A DNA stretch of 64,000 bases from Botryllus schlosseri (Eukaryota). This document shows, one piece after another, positions 1-10,032 of this stretch; within the stretch, counting starts at the first letter, position 1, and every line of letters begins with the position of its first letter. Where the stretch lies: NCBI GenBank assembly GCA_051294905.1, contig CM119385.1, forward strand, positions 4,650,001 to 4,714,000, in the 5' to 3' direction. The notes under the pieces were generated by a model, which did not search any database, had not been told where the DNA came from, and saw only the letters and a program-made list of their open reading frames with translations. The translations under genes and the position numbers were made by a program.

Positions 1-138
1 TAGAGGTTTTGTTCTTTTGTCTTATTTCAGATACCTCTGATTATGCGTACATAATACTAATGCATATTTAATATGACTAATGCATATTTAATATGACTGA
101 ACGGACACTATATAGACAAGAAGTCAGTCGCATTTTCT

Positions 139-2972
139 TTGGCAATTTCTCTGGATGACATTCCTGGACCACATTCGACCCCAAAGCATTCAGAGATAGT
201 AAGGTCGTGGAAAAGACGTAGGAGAGCCGCGTCTGCAAAGAATATAGAGATTGTTCGATGTCTGTGGAGGAATAGCTCCGAATTCAGGGCCAATGTGATT
301 ACGTTCTTCCGCCAACATCATGAATTAAACACCGATAACTCGATCTATTTCTTCGATTGAGTCACCTGAAGTTCGTGGAGCAGAGAGAAATTCAGAGCTG
401 ACGTCGGATGTGATGCAAAAGACACCCATACAAACACCATTTTCGGACAATGATTCGAAATACGATGAAGTCATGGAACCTGTATTTTTGTTATTGCAAG
501 CGACCGTATATAATGGAGAGTTTATGGTGAAATGCAATGATTGCAAATTGTGGTTTCATCCTGCATGCGCTTTCCCATCGGACAGTAAAGAAATCACATT
601 TGATCGTAATAAATGGCGTATAACGTCTTTAGCTTGTGGACGTGGTAAAGACCATAACACCGGCAAAAAAAATCGCCGGGTTTACACTCACGCACCGCAG
701 CGCACTGAAAATCCTAATGTCGACAAGGAGTTATTTCCCCCCAAGTCTCCCAACGGTGCAGGTGTCACAGAAATGGATGGAATGGTAAATCATTCAGATG
801 ATGCTTCTCTGAATCCTAATGTCACTGAAGATGATGCCATGGAAAAAGATGGAATATTGGATTCTTCATATGATGCTTCCCTGTATCGCAATATCACCGA
901 AAATGATATCACAGAACATGATGGAATATTAAATCATTCCGATGATGCTTCTCTGAATCCTAATGTCACTGAAGATGATGCCACGGAAAAAGATGGAATA
1001 TTGCATTCTTCATATGATGCTTCCCCGAATCGCAATATCACCGAAGATGATATCACAGAAAATGGTGGAATATTAAATCAATCTGATGACGCTTCTCTAA
1101 ATCCTTACGTCACTGAAGATGATGTCACCGAAAAAGATGGAATATTGGATCCTTCATATGATACTTCCCTGAATAGTAATGTCTCTGAAGATGATATCAC
1201 AGAACAAGATGCATCTGATCATACAAAATCGTTTCCAGATTCCCGGATGACGTCGAATTCTAAACCAGTCGCGCACAGCGAAATTAATGAAGCATGGGTG
1301 AGTGATTCCGCAATCGAATCGATTGGAAGAATGACAGCGAAGATATCGGACAAGATCAAAGAACCTGATGAGGTGAACTTACGACGGTCAACTTCAATCA
1401 CCGTACAAGAATGGGAAAGGGCCATTAAAAATCGCGGCCAACATCATTTTGACAATAATTCTCCTTACAGAACGACACTTATACGGGCTCATCGGCAAGT
1501 TTATGATTCATGTGTGCCTATGATAAAAAGTAATTATTCGCGTGCTCCATACAAAGTGACAGAGATTACGACGGAATCTGAGCGATATTACGAAGGCAAT
1601 GTCATACTGTACTGCGGTCATAAAACATGTTGCGAATGTACGGTCACTATCCATGCTCAATTGTACAGTATGGTGAATTCGACGCAAATCGACTTTCTTA
1701 TAACTGGAGACAGGCATCATCGTCACGAATGCACTAAATCAAGAAGAGTTAAAGGCGAACAGCGGCTGAAACTGAAAGAGGAGCTTAATTAGAAAACCCC
1801 GACTCAAGTGCATCGAGATTTATTTGATACATTGTCAGAAAATGAACGGTTTTTTGGTTCACATACATTTGCACCCTCGACTGACGTTTTGAAAGACATC
1901 AAAAGAGATGACTGTCCAGTGGTAGAATATTCTAAAAACTTGCTATTCTGCATGTAGAAATTGGTGAAAATTTTCACGAATGAGAAGAAAACTAATTTTT
2001 TGCGTGCGTGGTCCGCGAATCCCCCAACCGTAACTATGAACAATTATGGGCAAATAAATATCTATAAAGAGCTGTGTCGCGTGGACTTCCTTTTCATCGA
2101 TGGCTCAGGTGTTGTGCGTAGCAGTAAGGGCTTTGAAAATTTTCAAATCTATGTGCTTTTAGTACGAAACCCAAGAAAGTGTCGACCGGGAATGCCGGTG
2201 GCAAGCTTTCTCACAAGCAAGCATGACACAATAACAATAGGAAACTTTCTGCGAGACTTCATACGCGATTCTTCGGGTAGAGAGCGATCCACGAAACCTC
2301 TCATCATTGTGATATACGGTAGTAAAGCCGTATGGAATGCAGTTTTGGATGCGTTTAACAGATGCTATCGCATTGTAACTGGCAATGCTGCGCAAAATGA
2401 CATGGAAAATACATTCGTAATAAATTGCTACAGTCACAGCATGAAAGCTGCATCCATCCTGTGTCGCAAGTACTACAAAAAGGCATTTGTTGCAACTGCA
2501 ATGTTTTGGATCGGTCTATTACTGTCGCAAGATATGCTATCAAAAATGGACGAGATAATGCGCCACATTTGTATTGTGTTGATTTCTCCAAAATGTACGT
2601 CATTTGTTAAGACCAGTTTTGCGTCTCTGTTATCACTGCAGAGAGAACAGGAATATCCAACTGATGCTGCTGGAATTGATGTCAGTGAGCCAATGCCACG
2701 ACGAGGATTATTTTTCTGGAATAACTCACGTCGAAAAAAAGCAAGAGTTGCAGTCTCCATTTTATACTCGATATCGCAATCTTGAGAAAGAGTGGATGTC
2801 AGCAACCGTAATTGATTCCGACCTGGAAAGTCAGTGCGACGATAACGTTTATTACTCTCCGTCATTTTACACCAAGTTCGTTGAAGTAATCGCTAGTCGA
2901 CTCGGTGTAACCTCGCGTCTTCTGCTAGGAGACTTATCAAGGCACAGTCGTCCTGAAATTCCTCCAAATCAT
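139..2972 (+). pseudogene. Mutator/NOF(Rehavkus)-like transposase, 5' part: PHD finger, acidic repeats, Zn-finger-like region, first half of DDE domain (stops and frameshifts)
   Basis: ORFs 410-1792 and 1961-2785 share one frame, separated only by two TAG stops. Motifs: MVKCNDCKLWFHPAC (PHD); C..C...H.H then RRVKGEQR; FLFIDGSG (Asp at 2099); PVASFLTSKHD; NCYSHSMK (MULE-type CxxH). After a frameshift the 2604 frame gives NVYYSPSF...SRLLLGD. Confidence 0.75.
776..1207 (+). repeat. Coding tandem repeat, 6 x 72 bp (24 aa), alternating A/B units
   Basis: Units DGxLNHSDDASLNPNVTEDDAxEK and DGILDSSYDASLxRNITExDITEx read directly in ORF 410-1792. Confidence 0.95.
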
Positions 2973-3254
2973 TGCTATTCAACCTGTGTGACGGTTCGCA
3001 CTAGTGCGAATGAAAAAAAATTCAGTGCGAATGACGAAAGTGGTGCGAATGGTGCGAATGAAAATCCGGATCAAGTGCGAATGAAAATCGTGAATAATAG
3101 TTAACTTTTCTAACGTGTAAATTCAAATAAACCTAATATTTAAGATCAGTGTAACATTTGCAGTTGTGACGCAATTGTAAAAGCTTAATACGACACACCA
3201 CTCATCGTAGCTCTCATAAGCCGTAGTGAATAAATATTCATGAACTATAATTAT

Positions 3255-3530
3255 GTTTTGTTTTGGGGTATTCATGGTGTCTGTCGACTACTATGGTCAT
3301 TTACACCAGGCCGATATTCTTCTTATTTTCCGTAACTGCCGACTTATAGCACGGCCCACCTCTAGGCTTTTTGTAAGACACCGCTGACGCGGATGAGGTG
3401 GCGAGGAGGAGCCTAGGTAAACCTCCAACACTTAGGTATCGGAATTCGGAAGTCGACCTCGGTCGGACTCGAACCCGCACCCATTGGTGTAGCAGCCGCG
3501 GATTATACCACTGCGCTATCTCGCCACAGG
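3255..3530 (-). mobile_element. tRNA-derived SINE
   Basis: Minus-strand head GGCGAGATAGCGCAGTGG (A box) ... GGTTCGAGTCC (B box); A-rich tail (ccccaaaacaaaac); perfect 14-bp TSD tgaactataattat at 3241-3254 and 3531-3544. Confidence 0.85.
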
Positions 3531-5030
3531 TGAACTATAATTATTACATAACCAAAAGCCGGGTTTCGAAGCTGGTGTAGTGACAGTATATATAGATATC
3601 TATAATCTCAATAAGTCTATGGTGGCGGACATACAGTATATCAGCCCGTCTGAGCCTGCGACAGGCTGGAAAAATGACATCAAATTGACTTTCTGCTTTC
3701 TTTCGCTAAACAATCATCATATTTTCGTCATAACTATTCGATTAGCGCGAGGCACGAGGATAGTAGTAAATACCATCATTACAGACTCACATTTGCAAGT
3801 TACTGTAAAGCAAATTTTTACCCCTTCAAGGGTTATTAAAGTATGAAGGTTATAATTTTGGGTCGACACGGTGCCAGAGCTAACTGTTAATATGTATGCG
3901 ATATTTATTGAATTTATTGCAAAGAATCTGGCGATCGTTTTTGCATATCCAAGATCACTGCGTTATGGGTAGGCCTACTGTAGCCAATAAGCGAGACACG
4001 ATAAGATTTGTCCGACTGTTTTTTCTTGAAAACATGGTCGAAGACCGTTGAGATCAACTAGTGTAGGGGTGTGCAACGAGCGAGTCCAGGCCTATGAGAC
4101 TCATTCATTTCGAGGCCAACCTCTTCTGAATCGGGGCACATGAAGACGTAAAGTTTTGGCGAACAAACCGCTGATAAAATGCGGCGCCAAAACATAAGCG
4201 GCGACATAACCTCGGTCTAAAATTGACCGATGCTGGATGACCAAACCTTTCGAGAGGGATATGCTCCGTTGTCGGCACGGAATAGTCCCGTTCTTGCAAT
4301 CTGAGTAGACAGTAGTACAACAACTGCGATACGCTGAGGAATTTATTCCGCCCTAATTTGGAATCGCGTACGTCAGACAAGTTTTGTAGAGCTGTGTTGG
4401 GTGGAATTGTGGTGTGCGCGTTCTGTATATGTCATACATGCCCGTAAAATCGTAGCATACAACAGTAATATTTAGAAAAATCGTTTTCATGGGTGCGGCT
4501 CGGGTCGCGAGATGCCACAAAAACTCAGATTTTGGTGGAGGTCTAAAAGCTGATTTACCGTTATTAAACTGTCATGAATTCTCAAGTCAGATAGAGTCGA
4601 TAGAGTAGAGTAGAACACAAAGTATCGTGAGTTATTTGCTCTTCTCATGAACTTGCGAGACAGAAGTTGGAGCAACGTATCATCAGGTAGCGAGCTCTAA
4701 TGTGCCTACTCTCCTTGATTGTTTTGCACCTTATGTTCAAAAGACATAAGGCAAAAGCCTCAACACGAACATGGCGTTTTTTTTTTCGACAAACTGGACC
4801 CTCGCGGGACCTTTGTGTCAGCTCTCAAAAACGATTTCTGCCAGCAAGCATTTTTCACTCGCGAAAAATACGCTCTATTTTGGATAGGAGTGCAGAACAG
4901 ATTATAAGACCTTGTCATCCAAGCACTAGTAGACGTTCTTGTACAAATTTCCAATCAACATTGTTTGGCCGAGAAGGGTTTTAGTGAAATAATTGAAAGC
5001 AAAACGAGTGAAAAAAGTGGTGTCCGGTCA

Positions 5031-5103
5031 ATACCGAGAATGCTATTACCGAGAAGGACAATACCGAGAATGGACATTACCGAGAATGGAGAATACCGAG
5101 AAT
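5031..5103 (+). repeat. Short tandem array of (a/t)taccgagaa motif, 5 copies at 14-16-bp spacing
   Basis: ataccgagaa tgct attaccgagaa ggac aataccgagaa tggac attaccgagaa tggag aataccgagaa seen directly. Confidence 0.85.
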
Positions 5104-5280
5104 ATTGAGACACTTGATAGCTTAAGCTACATAGTAACCAATTTGTTGCACATCTGAACAATTATTGTTAAGTAGGCCTATCTTCATCTTCTTTTTGTAT
5201 AACACTTTTCGATTAGTTTGTGCGAATGAAATTTATTTTACAAAAAAAGTGCGAACGGAGCTCAAAAAGGTTGAAAAGCA

Positions 5281-5684
5281 CTTCTCCAAATCATTACATG
5301 AAATATGCAAATTGGTGGAAACAATTGAAGAAATATCCTGGGCGCTCAATCTGCGACGGTACAATAACGCAAGGTTCAATTGAGCAATTTTTCCGGCAGT
5401 TGAAGCGAAACTATCAAAACAACAAGCGTGCATCAAATGTACCAAAGTTCGTGTGGGACTACGAAGATGCAACGAGAGTGACTGACAGATCGTTTGCTGA
5501 TGATTTAGTGAAAGTCAAGTACTGCTCGCGGCCTGTACCGAAACGGAAACTCCAAATATATCATCAAGAAGAACAACCGGTAAATAAAAAGTCAAAATTT
5601 CTAGAGACGAAATTCAAGAGACGAAGCCAAAGAGAAGGATATTACGGAACTCCCACGGCCGCCGAAAAAAATCAGGGATCGTAA
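5281..5684 (+). pseudogene. Mutator/NOF-like transposase, 3' part of DDE domain
   Basis: TITQGSIEQFFRQLKRN resembles the T-x3-E-x2-F-x2-LK motif carrying the catalytic Glu (5382-5384); in frame with the 5' part after the insertion is removed. Confidence 0.7.
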
Positions 5685-5694
5685 CTCAAAATCA

Positions 5695-6438
5695 TTGACA
5701 CCGGAGGAAAAACTCGCAGAAAAGTTATGGGAGTCGATAAAAGAACACGCCTTATCGACTGTCGGTACGAAATTGACAGACACTGCGATCAAATCGAAAT
5801 TCGAAGTCGCTGTGACGAATGCTGATATAGTGTCTGTTTGCCCCAACCCATCGGAGAAAATCATTCATAATATCAATGAAATCATGACAAATGACACTAA
5901 ACCAGGATGGCTAACAGACGGTATTGTTAATGCTTTTGTAATCCAGTGTGCGCTCAACGGAAATTCTCAGTTAAATGAAAGTCATTATGGGTATCTGACA
6001 ACGGACATGACTCATTTCATACTTTGTGGAAATAAGCCTCGAGCAGTTCCAGACACTATCCTTGATCACAATCGGCACTTACGCGAAGTCATACTTTTAC
6101 CAATTCTTATTCGTCGGGATTTCAATCATTTTGCTCTTCTCTGTTTTCAAGAAAAGAATAAAATATTCATATTTTACGATTCTTCTGGTGCCCGTGATAC
6201 GGAGGAGCAACACGAGATTTCATCGTCAATTACAGAATACCTATCTGGTATTTCTAGGATAGATATGAACAACGTGACGAAGGAATTTTGCGGCGACTTT
6301 CTTCAAACCGACTCTTCTTCTTTGCGGTGTTTGTGCATGTATGGCAGCGTGGAGCATATGTTTGCAAGAAGCACCGTACACATTTGCAAAATGAATTCCG
6401 TCATACAATCATTTGGGAGCTACGTCAAGACTGCCTGA
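5695..6438 (+). pseudogene. Ulp1/SENP-like (peptidase C48) domain of the transposon
   Basis: GWLTDGIVNAF; His in NHFALL; Asp in FYDSS; oxyanion QTDSSS followed by the Cys codon (TGC GGT, 6323) shifted by one extra T. Confidence 0.8.
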
Positions 6439-6496
6439 CATCATCCCACATTGTGCGAAATGCTGAGGTTGAATGTGGCATTATTACTCAGATATA

Positions 6497-7284
6497 CCTG
6501 GACTCGAAAATCTAGGAAATACATGCTGATTCAATTCTGTTATGCAAGCATACTCTCATGTCACACGGCCGAGATTGGGGCCACTGGATGAGAGTAGGCA
6601 AATTCACGGGGAATTCGCAAATACACTTATCTCGTTGACAAACTTGAAGGCGGTTGCAAGTGACGAATTAATGAATGCTGTTAAAATTGCATGTGAGAGA
6701 ACTAAACTAGAGTTTGGTAAGCAGCGCGATTGTCTGGAGTTCTATTCACTATCTTCCTTGCCACAAGTATTGGAAGATATTCGTTGGAAGCACGAATTGA
6801 AATACGAGCGGATCATCCACTGCAACGAATGTCAAACGAATGGAACAACAGTACACCGAGAAAAAATCTTAAAGGTGAATTGCGGAGCTGCATCGATAGC
6901 AGAAGCATTTCAGATTTCACAAATCAAATGTGAAAAATGTGATTCCGCGATAAATACTAATGTCAAGCTCACTGAAATTCCGAATCCAGTGACAGTGTGG
7001 CTCGACCGTGCGAATTCTATGGGTAAAAAGATGGAAAATACTGTCTTTGCCAACCGGAACCTCGACATTCAGGGACCTGATCAAGATTGGATCGGATATT
7101 CGCTCAAGGCTGTAGTAGTTGCACACATCGGATCGGATGGAGACGGACACAATATCGCATATTTAATTCATTCGAAATGTATGGTACGGCTTTGCAACGA
7201 AGAAATTGTATAGAATTTGTTGATTCGAACGCAGCTTTCAACGCCATGTCAAGGAATGTATACCTCTTTATTTATCTCAGAAAG
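6497..7284 (+). pseudogene. Ubiquitin-specific protease (USP/UCH, peptidase C19) domain of the transposon
   Basis: Cys box PGLENLGNTC*FNSVMQA (TGA at 6527) in frame with ORF 6542; QRDCLEF (QDxxE box); CNEC...CEKC Zn pair; His box YSLKAVVVAHIGSDGDGHNIA; terminal box SRNVYLFIYLRK after a frameshift near 7205. Confidence 0.85.
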
Positions 7285-7779
7285 ATGAAGCGAAGATTAC
7301 CGCTGCAAAACTTCTCCAAGCAAGAATATTTCATGCAAAGTCTGCCATTAGAAATGATGGATATCAATGAAGAAACTAAAGCAATCGGTGACACAATATT
7401 TCAGGACATTGTAAATATTTGTCATCTTACATTACACGATTCGCAAAAGGACGTCCGTAGTCAGCGACATTCCCTTTTTCTCGAAAACAAACACGCTGAA
7501 TTGCAGAAAATTATCGTACCTGTTGGACAAAATGACAGCGAAGAAATCAAAGTCATATTCCAATATATCAAAAACAAGACCTGCGTCTTACATGCGAGAT
7601 GGATCAGACATTTGAACACAGGAACAGAATACGTCGCATACAACACATTTTCGCGAATAATTTTCAACAAGGCTGTGGTGCATGAGGACAGTGAGCTCAT
7701 GAAGAAATTAGCACCAACGCACAGCAACGACAAGTATTTCAAGTTGGTTGTGTTGCAAGTAGTGTTTGTCCATCACTGA
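7285..7779 (+). CDS. Uninterrupted 164-aa C-terminal extension of unknown function, in frame with the USP terminal box
   Basis: Part of ORF 7087-7779, contiguous with VYLFIYLRK; no motif recognised. Confidence 0.4.
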   Translation: MKRRLPLQNFSKQEYFMQSLPLEMMDINEETKAIGDTIFQDIVNICHLTLHDSQKDVRSQRHSLFLENKHAELQKIIVPVGQNDSEEIKVIFQYIKNKTCVLHARWIRHLNTGTEYVAYNTFSRIIFNKAVVHEDSELMKKLAPTHSNDKYFKLVVLQVVFVHH

Positions 7780-8923
7780 GAAGAGAACATACGAAGAAGT
7801 TTTGGAGAATCTGAATGTAGGCCTACCATATGAATGGCGAAAAAAATTAATTACAAGTTTCGTTTCTACAGCTTTCACATCGTATTTTGAATATACTTTT
7901 TTGTTGAAGAACTATCGAATTTCATTTCATTGGTAGTTTTGTTTTGTTGGTTTACTTTTGTTCTGAAATCGCACAAGACTTTTAAATAGCATATGAAGAC
8001 CGACATTATGCAGAGATTTGCGTCACCAAATATTGTACTGAAGTCAGAGGTATAAACGCATCTCGTAATTTGCAGTGGCGAGCAATTTGCAGTCGTTAAG
8101 GCATATAAGTTGAGTCGGCATTATGAGAAAACTGCTAGTGAGATACAGACACCGGGCGAGGCTTACAGAGAGCGCGAATTTCGGATGGCTTACTAGCAAA
8201 ACCAGGTTTATTTTACCAAACTGCACAAACCTCGGAATGCAGCGACCAAAACCAAGAATAATGACCCTGGATATATAAGCCTAATATTTTTTAGTAAATT
8301 AACCTTAACTTTTCATTACCAAATATTAATACACCAGCTACAGCAGCTTGTGTTAACAATAGCATAAACTAGCTGTCTTCTTCGTCTTTAGAAAAATATT
8401 AAAAGGGTCAGATTTTATCAGAGTCGGGGCCAATTAGGGGCATATCTCGAAATAACAATAGTGCGTAAATAGGGAAATTTTGGTGGATGAACGGTAGTCA
8501 TATTATTAGTTCACACAGCTATCAAAGTATCCTGCTGTCAGTAGGGAATAACTGACATCAGATAAAAGTGATACCGACAATCATAAGTCCTCAAAATTGA
8601 GTCATCAAAAACACTCAGCATGCACTGTGCAAAAGCGTAATAATACGGAAAATTAATTATCCTATGCTATTTGTAATAGCCAGGAAGATCTGGAATCTAA
8701 AAAGAAATTTTAATGAAAGTAATTTGAAAGCTCTTTCCGATGATGTGTTAATTATCTGAATTGTAGGTGAGGTACACTCTTGAATCCGGCCTTGAATGTG
8801 GAATTTGACGTACACTGGAATTGAGGCCAAGAATGCCCGACAGCGCAATGTAACGTAACTTTGGTCCTCGTGTTCGTAATTAAGCAGGACGATCTGGAAT
8901 CTAAAAATGGATTTGAATTAAAG

Positions 8924-9075
8924 TCAGCCTCGAATTTTTCGTTGTTATGGAGATTGGCATTGGGACGCAACAATGCTCTCTGGCTCTTTTTCTCTTGAGC
9001 TACTCTCTCGTTTCGCCAGACAGCATTGTTGCGTCCCAATGCCAATCTCCATAAAAATGAAGAATTCGAGGCTGA
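8924..9075. other. Long hairpin: 61-bp arms, 30-nt loop
   Basis: 8924-8984 is the reverse complement of 9015-9075 at 57/61 positions. Confidence 0.9.
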
Positions 9076-9638
9076 TTGTGGGAGTTCCAGGGCCACGAGC
9101 TGAATAAAATTTATATTTTCGTAATCAGTGCAGAGTCAGCTTTCGATTGATACCCGTTTTACCAAATTTAATGCTCGGCAAGCCGGTCAAAAATGACTGT
9201 CAAATTGCCTGTAGCCAAATGGAAATTGTGACGTTATGCAATTTCACTGAGGCGTGAGATTTGCCTGTGTCGACACCATAAAGGACACTATGGTATAACG
9301 CATACTCCGTTTTTGAGGTTTTTCTTTATCGTTACGCTTCATCTAAACTTGCATTGTACTTGGTTCACTGTGTTTATATAGCTCAATGGTCCTACAGGGT
9401 TGGTTCGATTATGTTCACAATAAGAGCAATTCTGTTCACAATAAGAGCAGTCTCATGTTCACAATAAGAGCAGTCATGTTCACAATAAGAGCAGTCTCAT
9501 GTTCACAATAAGAGCAGTCGTTGTATTCACAATTAAATCAGTCGCAGCACCACCATATCCCCCTGACACCATGTCCGAGTGGCAACATAGTCCGAACACA
9601 ACCCAGACATGATGTCCGAACACCCCCAGACACGATGT

Positions 9639-10032
9639 TATGGGAAGGTGTGACGTCTGATAACCTGCTAAAGTTGTGACCTGAGTCCAACGTAATGTGT
9701 GGCTGGGTAGATATACTTAGCTCTTTTCGTAGCAGACGCACGTCTCTGCGTTTAGTCCTTGTTGATCTGACAACTTCAACGTGAATGCAACGACAGGATT
9801 GCCTCAGATAGATATATTGGTCGAATATGCATGGAATATATACAGTAGGATATCGCAGATGAGTCTAGCTTGTAAAATGAGATGCACGAGCTGATAAATG
9901 GCAAGTCACGTGGTAGCGAGAAGAAAGATATAAGTCACGTGATATACAGATATGGGCGATGTTCCGATGTACCATAATGATGTTGTATCTTACAAAGTGT
10001 ATGAACCGTGAGAGGGCGCAGGGCGTCCCACA
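9639..10032 (-). repeat. 3' LTR
   Basis: Direct repeat of 14131-14524; on the minus strand it is preceded by the polypurine-like tract at 10033-10044. Confidence 0.92.

Larger units (their letters stand above)
2973..5280. mobile_element. Nested ~2.3-kb non-autonomous TIR element interrupting the transposase
   Basis: Imperfect TIRs tgctattcaacct..gttcgcact / agtgcgaac..aggttgaaaagca; subterminal gtgcgaatg repeats; flanking direct repeat ctccaaatcat (2962-2972 and 5284-5294); removal rejoins the frame as EIPPNH-YMKYANWW. Confidence 0.8.

Noticed and set aside
57-97. 20-bp tandem duplication with palindromic core catattaatatg as the left end of the giant transposon
   Set aside because: No matching inverted sequence found near 7800-8900; the terminus is probably outside the window.
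3453-3525. tRNA gene
   Set aside because: It has A and B boxes but no convincing acceptor or anticodon stems, and lies within a TSD-flanked 276-bp unit, so it is a SINE head.
9369-9391. Foldback targeting a tRNA A-box-like motif (gtgtttatatagctcaatggt; similar inverted at ~29846-29868)
   Set aside because: Only ~20 bp are shared, flanks differ, and no B box follows, so targeted insertion cannot be supported.
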